DNA of 64,000 nucleotides from Methanobacteriota archaeon (GTDB taxonomy: Archaea; Halobacteriota; Bog-38; Methanoflorentales; Methanoflorentaceae), in NCBI GenBank assembly GCA_963720465.1, contig OY970393.1, positions 640,001-704,000 on the forward strand. Direction: 5' to 3'. Made by a program: the position numbers and the translations under genes. The notes beneath the pieces are model-generated. The model was given only the letters and a program-made list of their open reading frames with translations, was not told the origin of the DNA and made no database searches. Of the stretch, positions 45,657 to 54,630 are shown one piece after another (positions within the stretch are counted from its first letter, which is position 1; each line of letters starts with the position of its first letter).

Positions 45657-45935
45657 CTATTTTCTAATGTGTTTCTCCCACGGCTTGATGATGCACAGCT
45701 GTTTGTTTGCTTCATCTATTTCAACGATCGAATAACTTATGCCGCGTCTGTCGAGAAAATCGATGAAAAAGTGCTCGAAGTACGCGGATTTGTCCTCGTT
45801 AAATCTGGTCGCGGCAAAAACAAATGCCATTATATTCTGGCAGAAGCGCGAAGCTAGATAGTAATAGTCGTTATCCGAAATGTGGTATTTGACGGCTGAT
45901 TTTTCTTTTGCTTTCTCACGTCTGAGCAACGCCAT
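45657..45935 (-). CDS. Hypothetical protein
   Basis: 92-aa ORF with an upstream TATA-like element; no family recognised. Confidence 0.6.
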   Translation of the reverse strand: MALLRREKAKEKSAVKYHISDNDYYYLASRFCQNIMAFVFAATRFNEDKSAYFEHFFIDFLDRRGISYSIVEIDEANKQLCIIKPWEKHIRK

Positions 45936-46228
45936 ACTCTAGCCAGGCACGTTTCTGTACCTACCACCACGTTCTGCGCTTAAATATATATCTTCTCGAC
46001 GGCGCAGAACCAAGCACATGGATGCGAGAATCAGCACGACAACGCAGGGCGGTCATCTCGTCGAACTATCTGAAAAATAAGACGTTGCTCGAAGCGCAAG
46101 AACGTCCAAATCCTCAAAGCTTCTTGGAACGTGGTCATCTTGGAATCTTTAAAACCAACCCACATCAGCATGAGTCGCAAAACCTCTCCAATGGTTATTA
46201 AATACCAACGATTCATATTTTAGTTCAA

Positions 46229-47108
46229 ATGAGCGATAAAATCAGGTTTGTAATACCTAAGGGGAGCTTGGAAGAGCAAACAATCAAGTTCTTGAAGCTA
46301 GCAGATTTAGAAGTCATTCGAAGAAGCCAGAGGGATTATAGCCCAACAATCAAAGATTTCAGAATCAGGTACTGTAAAAGTACTGAGACCTCAAGAAATC
46401 CCCCAATACGTTGCAGCCGGGTACTTTGACCTTGGCATAACGGGACTCGATTGGGTGCGCGAGACCGAAAGTGAGGTCCGAATCATCGCTGAGCTGCCCT
46501 ACAGCAAGACCGGATCGGATAAGGTCAAGATAGTACTCGCAGTCCACGAACGATCAGCAATAAAATCGCCTCTTGATTTAAAGCCAAGCAGCAGGATTTC
46601 GACAGAATATCCGAATCTAGCAAAGCAGTATTTTGAGCAGATAGGGGTCCCCGTTGACATATTTTTGTCATACGGCGCCACCGAAGCTAAGGTCCCAGAT
46701 ATCATGGACGGCATAGTCGAGCTAACCGAAACCGGGGAGACCCTCAAAAGAGGCGGCCTCAAGGAGATCGACGTCATTCTTGAGTCGTCGACCGTGCTGA
46801 TTGCCAACGAGGGAAGCTACGTAGCTAAGCGACGCTCAATAGACGACATTAAAACGCTTATATTGGGCGCCATAGACGCCCAAAACAGGGCTCTAGTCAA
46901 GATGAACGTGCCTGAAAAGAAGCTTGAAGAGATTATAGCAATCTTGCCTACAATGAAAGCCCCCAGCGTCGCGAAGTTATATAACACGGACTACTACGCG
47001 GTAGAATCAGTAGTATCCAAAGAGCAAATCAATGAGCTGATTCCCAAGCTGAAGCAGCACGGAGCGGAAGATATTTTAGAGTTGTCCATCAGCAAGATCG
47101 TAGACTAG
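46229..47108 (+). CDS. hisG: ATP phosphoribosyltransferase (long form), +1 frameshift at about 46366-46372
   Basis: IPKGSL...; second frame VKVLRPQEIP...DLGITGLDW, STEYP, GATEAK, ETGETL, C-terminal ACT-like domain. Confidence 0.9.
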
Positions 47109-47127
47109 CTGGCTCTATCCAACGAAG

Positions 47128-47973
47128 ATGAACAAGACAACAATTGCGCCCCGGATACAGGTGCGCGCTTGCGCAGTGCTAGTGCTCGTCGCATTAACCC
47201 TGACCGCGAGCTTAGCTGGCTGCGTGACTGAACAGCCAAACAACGGGAGCGCGTCGACAATCAATCCGGTCAACGTCACGCATACCTATTATTACACTTA
47301 CAACGGCACGTCGTATCTCACAGGTATCATCAAAAACGTAGGAACACAGAACCTCGTGGACATAAGCCTTCAAGCTGAAGGATACGCGAACAACACAACG
47401 TACGAGCGAGGCTACGCAAGTCCGGAAACAGGAGTAAATTCAACCGTTCTCCCCGGGGGGACCGCACCGTTTATGATCAAAATGTTGCCAGTGTCGTCTG
47501 GCGGTGCTAGCTCCACCCCCCTTAATCAAACACAAGTTGCATTAGCAAACTTGAAAACAGGAACCTCTGGGCGAAATAGCACCTCGAATAATTCAAAAAC
47601 TCAAACTAGCGCGCAACAAGCCAAAAAATACAATTTACTCTACAGGATACTGCCGCCCGACTATAAGCTCTCTAACGAAAACCCGTATCCGCTGGCGATC
47701 GCGGACTACAAAACGTACGTCCTTAACAAGACAATTAGCGGCGTCAGCGGAGAGGTTTATAACGGGGGAACCGTGAACGTCAACTCCTCGGTTGTAGCGG
47801 TCGCACTCTATGGAAAAGATGGAGATGTTCTAGGTGTTTTTGTTGGCAATACCCAAGGAGAGTTCGCTCCAAAAAAGACGACGGTATTTCAAATCAATAT
47901 ACCGCGCAGTTTTTCAATTTCGTTAGCAGAAGTAGCTAGAACCCAAGTATATGCGTACGAGTTCACTAGTTGA
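47128..47973 (+). CDS. Secreted lipoprotein with two FxLYD-like Ig-fold domains
   Basis: Hydrophobic signal plus LAGC lipobox; G.IKN.G...V.PG.TAPF and GEVYN.G...ALYGKDG..LG; many N-x-S/T sequons. Confidence 0.75.
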   Translation: MNKTTIAPRIQVRACAVLVLVALTLTASLAGCVTEQPNNGSASTINPVNVTHTYYYTYNGTSYLTGIIKNVGTQNLVDISLQAEGYANNTTYERGYASPETGVNSTVLPGGTAPFMIKMLPVSSGGASSTPLNQTQVALANLKTGTSGRNSTSNNSKTQTSAQQAKKYNLLYRILPPDYKLSNENPYPLAIADYKTYVLNKTISGVSGEVYNGGTVNVNSSVVAVALYGKDGDVLGVFVGNTQGEFAPKKTTVFQINIPRSFSISLAEVARTQVYAYEFTS

Positions 47974-47976
47974 CGC

Positions 47977-48321
47977 TCATATCTGGCTAACGAGAACCGC
48001 ATCGTCGACGACCTCGATTCTTAGTTCTCCCTCGTAACGTTCCGTCTTAAAAACCGACTCGCACACACGAATGGGCAAAAAGACTTCTATATTGTCTTCA
48101 TCCATCGTATAAGTTCCGACAACGCCTCCACGGGTTGCTTGTTCTGCTCCTGTAGTTTCGACCAGCTTTATCGTTTCTTCTTTGATGCTGGTAGAAACGC
48201 TCCCGGATGATTTGTTTAGTGGAAATGCGCGCCCTATGCAAAACGTCTCTATGCATTTTGCAGGAATTACTATAGTTGTAGAACCTTTGTCACAGCGATA
48301 GCGCACTTTACCCATCAACAT
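47977..48321 (-). CDS. Hypothetical protein, possible tandem AbrB-like fold
   Basis: GSTTIVIP and EVFLPIRV...GELRIEVVDDAVLV segments. Confidence 0.6.
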   Translation of the reverse strand: MLMGKVRYRCDKGSTTIVIPAKCIETFCIGRAFPLNKSSGSVSTSIKEETIKLVETTGAEQATRGGVVGTYTMDEDNIEVFLPIRVCESVFKTERYEGELRIEVVDDAVLVSQI

Positions 48322-48461
48322 AATGCCTTATGCGACCCCACACGATGACAATACTGCGCTCACATATTTATAGCAATCTCAATGAAAGACAACCAAATGC
48401 GAAAGAATTGAGCCCAAAGTAGGCCCCGACGGGAGCGCCTTCGAATCGGTTGCACCCATCA

Positions 48462-48884
48462 CTAACTAATACGTAAATCCTTGTCAAAGAAGTGAAGTTC
48501 GAATTTTGGGCCAAGTTTCTTACGCGCATCTTCTGTTTTGTGTCTCGTTTTTTCCGGCAAGATCAAAACGATTCGGTCAATGTCCAAGCTCTTCAGCTGA
48601 AGCCATTTCGCAATGAGCTCATCCGTTATCTCCGCCTCGACCTCTACTTCCGAAATTAGAGTGGGTGTATCGCTTGCTAGGAATGGTTTGACACTATAAA
48701 CGTCGTAGGCGAGGAGATCTGGGTACACGTCGTCGATGCTAGCTACGTTTTTGCCCGTTATATTCATGACAACTTTGTATTTTTTAAATATGGTCTCGCC
48801 CGCGTTTTTAACAACTTCGTCGTGAAGGGTCTCTGCTTTCGAAGCGCTCGACTCAGACATGCTTGCCATATTAAGCTCTGTCAC
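48462..48884 (-). CDS. Hypothetical protein, possible PD-(D/E)xK nuclease-like fold
   Basis: H..VV helix, YPDL, ISEVE, then W and the LILP strand. Confidence 0.6.
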   Translation of the reverse strand: MTELNMASMSESSASKAETLHDEVVKNAGETIFKKYKVVMNITGKNVASIDDVYPDLLAYDVYSVKPFLASDTPTLISEVEVEAEITDELIAKWLQLKSLDIDRIVLILPEKTRHKTEDARKKLGPKFELHFFDKDLRIS

Positions 48885-49113
48885 TACATACGTTTTTTGG
48901 CATTATTCTCCTTCAAATTCTCCTAATGAAGGCCACCTAATTTTCTCTTTCTCGCTTGACCGACCCGGCAAAGAATGTGCGATGCGCACGTCTCGGCCTA
49001 GCAATTTTCTATCGCGTTTTTTTCATCTAGGATAGCGTAACAAAAAAATTTCACTACATAGGTATTTATCGAAAACTTCGAGAGTTCACTGTGTTCTTCG
49101 CAGAGGTGTCCAA

Positions 49114-49563
49114 ATGCGCATAGACGAAATGAATAAAAAAATACTGTATCTCTTGCAGCAAGATGGAAGGATGACATACAAAGACATCGCCAAAGCGATA
49201 AACAGGTCAGAATCAACAGTACGCGACAGGATATCTATAATGGAAGATGAAGGCGTAATAAAGGGATATTCAGCAATTGTTGACCGAGGAAAAGTAGGAT
49301 TGCATTGTTGTGCCCGCCTCTTTGCAAAGGCCCACTTGGAAGAGCTCGACTCTTTGTCGAAGAAACTAGCAGAATTCGAGAACATTTTTCAAATAGACCA
49401 CGTGAGCGGCGACCACAATTTGCGGTTCACTGTTGCGGCTCACGACTACTCTCAGCTTAAAAGTGTGATCAACACCCAGATAGCAAATCTCCCCCTTGAG
49501 ATAATTCAGATAGATATTATAATGAAATCGCTCAAAGAAGGGGGGCCTCTCAAACTCCAGTAA
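49114..49563 (+). CDS. Lrp/AsnC transcriptional regulator
   Basis: LQQDGRM...IA...SESTVRDRI...EGVIKGY HTH; VSGD. Confidence 0.92.
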   Translation: MRIDEMNKKILYLLQQDGRMTYKDIAKAINRSESTVRDRISIMEDEGVIKGYSAIVDRGKVGLHCCARLFAKAHLEELDSLSKKLAEFENIFQIDHVSGDHNLRFTVAAHDYSQLKSVINTQIANLPLEIIQIDIIMKSLKEGGPLKLQ

Positions 49564-49682
49564 GAGTGTCGCTCACTCTACTTGCAACGTCGTAGAGGCA
49601 CCGCGCAACTTTTTTTTCTGATGTGGCCCACTAAGGCCTAGCGTGGCAGTATGAATGTATTGCGTTAGACGGAGCTAACCAC

Positions 49683-50513
49683 GTGAAGAAGCACAAGTAC
49701 AAATTGCCAAGAGGCATGCGATACTCCTCACTGGTCGAAAGAGCCCAATTTTACTGCAACGAGTTCGATGCGAAAGCGCTACGTCATTGGCAGCCTTTCC
49801 AAAAAAACACAGTAATCTCGTTCTTGGTTGGCAAGTATACTCAAATCTACCTTAAACAATTTGAGGACATTAGAGACGACGTAGTCGTGATTGATGATTA
49901 CTGCAACCTTCGAGGTATGCGAGAGTACCTCTTGAAATATCTTCCCGAGGGGGTCTACTATGACACGAATCACTATGAAGATCTGGACATATGTAGAGGC
50001 TGCCCAGACTGCTACAATGCCGACAAGTGTCTTCCTTGCAAGCATTACGTCGGACAAGAACTCGTTTTTGATTTGGACCCCGAAAACGTATACTGTCCAG
50101 TCCACGGCGATCTAGATCAGAAGATGAAGGCGCATCAGGGCCGCATGCTGTGTTTAATAGAGTTCAGGATCTTGAGAAAGCAAACAATTTTGATGTATCG
50201 CGAGCTTAAACAAACGTATTCCAAACTGCGTATTGTCTATTCGGGGCGCGGCTTTCACATCCACGTGCTAGACCGTGACACTACATACTTAACGCGTGCA
50301 GAACGAAGTTCATTAGCAAACGCGTATGCCCAAAGGTTCCCAATTGACGAATGGGTCACTGCCGGGAACATCAAACTAATACGACTTCCCTATACTCTGC
50401 ACGGGATGATATCAAGAATCTGCGTCCCAATAGAGCCCAGTGAACTGGAGTTTTTTGACCCAGTCAACTACCAGCCAAGCATACCTCGTTTCTTGACGTT
50501 TGAACGAAACTGA
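49683..50513 (+). CDS. Archaeo-eukaryotic primase (PriS-like) paralog
   Basis: ELVFDLD (motif I), YSGRGFHIH (motif II), IDEWV and IRLPYTLHG (motif III region); Cys-rich inserts. Confidence 0.78.
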   Translation: MKKHKYKLPRGMRYSSLVERAQFYCNEFDAKALRHWQPFQKNTVISFLVGKYTQIYLKQFEDIRDDVVVIDDYCNLRGMREYLLKYLPEGVYYDTNHYEDLDICRGCPDCYNADKCLPCKHYVGQELVFDLDPENVYCPVHGDLDQKMKAHQGRMLCLIEFRILRKQTILMYRELKQTYSKLRIVYSGRGFHIHVLDRDTTYLTRAERSSLANAYAQRFPIDEWVTAGNIKLIRLPYTLHGMISRICVPIEPSELEFFDPVNYQPSIPRFLTFERN

Positions 50514-50549
50514 ATAGTCAGGCGACAGCGTATCTTAACAAGTCCAAAG

Positions 50550-50663
50550 TTACTTCTCCCCTTTCACTTCTTCGCCTTTATAATACTCCTTCTTCTTTTC
50601 CGTCTTGCCCTTAACTTCTTTGCCTTTATAGTATTCCTCTTTCTTTTCTTCTTTACCGTTCAT
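50550..50663 (-). CDS. 37-aa K/E-rich micropeptide made of two 16-aa repeats
   Basis: MNGK-EEKKEEYYKGKEVKGK-TEKKKEYYKGEEVKGE-K; six synonymous differences between the repeat units. Confidence 0.62.
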   Translation of the reverse strand: MNGKEEKKEEYYKGKEVKGKTEKKKEYYKGEEVKGEK

Positions 50664-50940
50664 GGGTGCACCGAGTAAACTGACATTTTTCAAGGATAAA
50701 AAGATGACGTCCATTTTGCACCGTTTAGAATCGGAGGGCCTGCTAGAATGCCTGAAAAGCGCTTTCAGCACGTTCTTGGGCTCCCAAAACTGTGGGCTTG
50801 CGAACATCGTCTCATCCAAATCCCAAGAGAAGTGGTCGCTTACGATGCGACACAGAGAATCTGCTGCACTTTCGTGGCGTAGCTGCAAGCAGGCGCTGGA
50901 TGGATCCCCTCTAGCAAAAAAAGAGAATGTGCCAGGCTTA

Positions 50941-51810
50941 TCAGGCACTAGAAAGTTGCAGTTCAAAAGCTGACAGCGCTTGCCTGTAATTATTTTTCCA
51001 TTTTTTTACCTCTTTCTGATCTATGTTTGCGTTCTCTTTGGCTCTTAGACCTAATGCAAAAACGTTCCACACGTCTTCAACGATACGACGAATGTATCCT
51101 ATGTTAGGCCTGGACGCCAGTTCTGTTTGAATCATATCGATCGCACGCTCAAAGGAAGAAGATAATTCGTTGTATCTATCCTCAAAGTCCTCACCGACGA
51201 CACGAGCCAGCAACTTATAGAGACTCTCTAGGTCTCTTTCATCTGGGGCCTCCTTTCTTGCCACGTTCTGCAGTTGATTACGTATCGTGACTAGAGCCTT
51301 GTGCATTTGGCTCGGCGAGTATTCATAAATAACGTCAAGTTTCGTGTATCGCGCCAGGATATCAACGTTTAAAGTAAGCAAAATGGAGTCGCTGAATGAC
51401 GACTCGTAACCGTCGAATATCAATATCGTATCCTTCCATTCGTCAAACGAAGCTATAACTTGCTGAGTTTTTCTTATGCGCGTCACATTAAAGATTCGAG
51501 GGGCGCCGCGCCCATATACGACCGGCCCGGTCTTGTACCAATAATAAGGGAGAAGCAGTTCGAGTCTTCTTTTTTCGCAATCTTTGTGAATTTGAAACAG
51601 AATCCTGTAAAATCGCGATGGCGTCAGTGCGTAATGTGCCTCCTCGCGTTTTGGTGCTGCGCCTTCCAACTTCGCTAGTATCTGTGGAGGGACACACGGC
51701 GCATGTTGGAACTTGTCAATAGTGTGCAGCATGGTGTAAGCCAACAAGGGGTTCTTGCCGACCTCATGGACGTAGTCGAGCTCTCTCACGCCATTAATCT
51801 CTAGCGTCAT
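50941..51810 (-). CDS. Hypothetical protein with a SocA/Panacea-like motif
   Basis: RFYRILF...LPYYWYKTGPVV followed by a helical C-terminus. Confidence 0.65.
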   Translation of the reverse strand: MTLEINGVRELDYVHEVGKNPLLAYTMLHTIDKFQHAPCVPPQILAKLEGAAPKREEAHYALTPSRFYRILFQIHKDCEKRRLELLLPYYWYKTGPVVYGRGAPRIFNVTRIRKTQQVIASFDEWKDTILIFDGYESSFSDSILLTLNVDILARYTKLDVIYEYSPSQMHKALVTIRNQLQNVARKEAPDERDLESLYKLLARVVGEDFEDRYNELSSSFERAIDMIQTELASRPNIGYIRRIVEDVWNVFALGLRAKENANIDQKEVKKWKNNYRQALSAFELQLSSA

Positions 51811-52281
51811 GTGCCAAAAAAGTCACTCTTTCCGAATAGGAAGTTGAGTACAAAAAAGTCGTACGGAGCTGCGCGAATCCTCTTGACCTCCTCTTGGTTG
51901 GGATGAAATACACCAATAAGATTGCACTCAAGACTTTAGAGGGAGGAATACGTCTCAATCAAATCTAATATTTGATCTCTCCGAGCAGTCCTCTTCACCA
52001 ATACCACGCTGCAGTCGGCGGGTAGGCACTGAAATCTACGAAGTGCGAAATAGCGCAGACACGAAACGCAGGACGCACGCTGAATCGGCTCTCTGATTTA
52101 TCTTTTAGACCTAAATGGCCAAGACAAAGCTGAATTGATTACGCAAAGGCAATTCGACGCGAGTTACACGAGCTGTTATTCAAGTGAAAAGAGGGTTCTT
52201 CTGCAATATCTGACGAACTGCGCGATACATTATTCTTGGCAGAATACGAGCAAGAACCCCTGAGGCCTGGAGTTTCGGTCG

Positions 52282-52410
52282 TTATTTACGGTCCATTTCG
52301 TAGATTTCTGACTCCTTTGGTAGTATTTCTGTTTGTTTTTTTCTCTTTCTTTCCATTCTCTTCTTCCACTCCTCAGGGGTCGGCTGCTCCTCAGGTTGTG
52401 TGTCATCCAT
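52282..52410 (-). CDS. 42-aa charged micropeptide, probably leaderless
   Basis: MDDTQPEEQPTPEEWKKRMERKRKKQTEILPKESEIYEMDRK; TTTATAT box about 21-27 nt upstream of the ATG. Confidence 0.5.
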   Translation of the reverse strand: MDDTQPEEQPTPEEWKKRMERKRKKQTEILPKESEIYEMDRK

Positions 52411-52566
52411 GATGAAAGGTCAGCGTTTCGATATAAACTGCTTGTCCTCCACAGGTGGAGCCGCAGAGGAGAATATCAGGCGCCACAGCTATTTTTAGCA
52501 TCGAAGCCTTTCTTCGGAAAGCTTAAAGTATTGCCTGCATTTTATTGTTGAACTCGGAGCCAAGCA

Positions 52567-52836
52567 ATGTCGCCAAACGTAAAAGAGAGTGATTCCGGAG
52601 ATGATTTACCGGACCAGGTCGCATCGCAGTTGCGGATGATTGAAGTATCGCACGACCTTACCATTACAAATCTGACAAGCATCGCTAGGATAATCATTTC
52701 AAACGTCAAAAACAAGAGCCAAGCACTGCAGGTCTGCACGGCAATCAATACGTGGATTGCTATTAACGGAATGCAAGGAAACGTAACCGTGCCCGAACCT
52801 TTGGTCAGAAGATATGTTAGAAGAGTAATGTCGTAG
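52567..52836 (+). CDS. Hypothetical protein
   Basis: 89-aa ORF with an upstream AT-rich element; no family recognised. Confidence 0.55.
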   Translation: MSPNVKESDSGDDLPDQVASQLRMIEVSHDLTITNLTSIARIIISNVKNKSQALQVCTAINTWIAINGMQGNVTVPEPLVRRYVRRVMS

Positions 52837-52955
52837 CGAATGTGGCCTCAAGAAAAACTCACATCATCACGTCGACCGACCTATAAACTCAAAGACGCAA
52901 ATTTCTTTGACTAGAGCGAATCCTGGATTACAGAATAACTGTTAACTACCGCACT

Positions 52956-53861
52956 ATGCTTAAGGTACTCTTTCTCGGTACGAGCGGCTCAATGCCAACG
53001 GTCGCTAGAAATCTTCCTTCTATACTGATAAAGCGCGATGGCGAAACCATCCTCTTTGACTGTGGCGAAGGGACGCAACGCCAGATGATGCGTTGCCGTA
53101 CGGGAATCCACCTGTCCTCTGTATTTATAAGTCACTGGCACGCTGATCATTTCCTCGGTTTACCAGGATTGATTCACACTATGTCCTTTCTGGGCCGGAG
53201 CGACAAGCTAAATGTATATGGGCCCCGGTGGGCGGGTATTCCATACTTGCTTGCACTTATTAATCCCCAGTTTCAGGTAGATTTTGTAGAAGTCTCGCCA
53301 GGAGATATGATAGAATTAGGCTCATTCTCTGTGCGCGCCTTCGCTGTTGATCACGGGATAGGCGCATGCGGTTACGTTTTTGAAGAACACGAACGGCCTG
53401 GCAAGTTTGACAGAAGAAAAGCAGAAGAGCTTGGATTGAAGCCTGGACCACTCTATAAGACTCTCCAAAACGGCGAATCAGTGCCTATCGGAGATCATCT
53501 CGTAATGCCAGAACACGTGATCGGACCAAAGCGTCCAGGGAGGAAAATCGTCTACACAGGAGATACACGTCCTTCTGATAAGGTTGTGCAAGCTGCAGAA
53601 AACGCCGACTTACTCATTCACGAAGCAACGCTAGCTGGAGACCTAGACGCATACGCAAATGCGGTCGGCCATTCGACGGCATCCGAAGCAGCTCAAATAG
53701 CGTGCAAAGCGGATGTGGTTAAGCTAATTTTAACTCACATAAGCTCCCGGTACTCAAATGCGGCGCCTTTGTTGGACGAGGCGCAACTCATCTTCCGCAA
53801 CACATGTGTTGCAGAAGATCTGCTTGAAATAGAGGTGCCCTACAGAGATCAACTCGACTGA
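52956..53861 (+). CDS. rnz: Ribonuclease Z
   Basis: FLGTS...PT, DCGEGTQ, SHWHADH, YTGDT, HEAT, HST, THISSRY. Confidence 0.96.
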   Translation: MLKVLFLGTSGSMPTVARNLPSILIKRDGETILFDCGEGTQRQMMRCRTGIHLSSVFISHWHADHFLGLPGLIHTMSFLGRSDKLNVYGPRWAGIPYLLALINPQFQVDFVEVSPGDMIELGSFSVRAFAVDHGIGACGYVFEEHERPGKFDRRKAEELGLKPGPLYKTLQNGESVPIGDHLVMPEHVIGPKRPGRKIVYTGDTRPSDKVVQAAENADLLIHEATLAGDLDAYANAVGHSTASEAAQIACKADVVKLILTHISSRYSNAAPLLDEAQLIFRNTCVAEDLLEIEVPYRDQLD

Positions 53862-53889
53862 GAGACGATTGATGCAATTGGCGAATACC

Positions 53890-54630
53890 TCAAACGGTAA
53901 TCCGCTGTAAATACTTCAAGCTTCTAACACCTTCTTCGAGTGTCCTCAATTCCAAAACGAAAACACCCTTGTAAAGCCTCAGTCCACGCAATACGCGGCT
54001 CCAGTTGATGTTCCCTAAACCGAGGGCTAAGTGCTCATCGGTTTGACCGTTATTGTCGTGCAGATGAACGTGGTCCACAGGCATTCGCAAGAAGGAATCT
54101 ATTGCGTCAGTCGTGTTTGCGTGGCCAACGTCAAGGGTGAAGCCTAGGCCATCGACACGCATGTCTGCGATTTCACCAGGAAACCGACCGAGCAGAAATT
54201 CCACATTGACCATGTTTTCGACGGTCGCAGTGACGTCATGCTCTCTCGCACACTGCGTGAGCTGGGACAGTGCCTCATTATTCTTGCGCAACGCCCTATC
54301 CGGGCAGAACGCCGCAAGAGGCGATACATAACCGGGGTGGATCACAAAAACGCGTGCATAGTTTGCCACAGCCTCTATCGCCTCCTTGATCTGCCTAAGA
54401 GTTTCACCCCAAATAGGCTTATTGAGGCTCGCTATGTTCAAGTCAGAAAATGGAGCATGAACGCTAATCTCAAGGTCATACGAGAACCTGAGATACTCAA
54501 TCAGAGAGATCGTCTCGTCATCCAACTTCTGCGGCCCCTCGGCGATTACTTCCCAGCCTTGGAAGCCGACATCCTTAAGAACCTCGAGCTGCTCAAGATC
54601 AACTTGGGCAGACGAAAAATAGATCTTCAT
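53890..54630 (-). CDS. Sugar phosphate isomerase/epimerase family protein
   Basis: HAPFSDLNIAS, HPG, VENM, DVGHA, HLHDN. Confidence 0.87.
   Translation of the reverse strand: MKIYFSSAQVDLEQLEVLKDVGFQGWEVIAEGPQKLDDETISLIEYLRFSYDLEISVHAPFSDLNIASLNKPIWGETLRQIKEAIEAVANYARVFVIHPGYVSPLAAFCPDRALRKNNEALSQLTQCAREHDVTATVENMVNVEFLLGRFPGEIADMRVDGLGFTLDVGHANTTDAIDSFLRMPVDHVHLHDNNGQTDEHLALGLGNINWSRVLRGLRLYKGVFVLELRTLEEGVRSLKYLQRITV

Noticed and set aside
46031-46216. 61-aa minus-strand ORF
   Set aside because: It has no recognisable motif and starts in the hisG promoter region.
50664-50973. 138-aa and 103-aa ORFs in the track
   Set aside because: No protein-like signal outside the terminal 37-aa repeat peptide; they overlap the neighbouring gene end.
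45654-52900. Integrated element at tRNA-Ser (and likewise at tRNA-Ala)
   Set aside because: No duplicated tRNA 3' end or integrase was seen, and hisG lies inside the interval.
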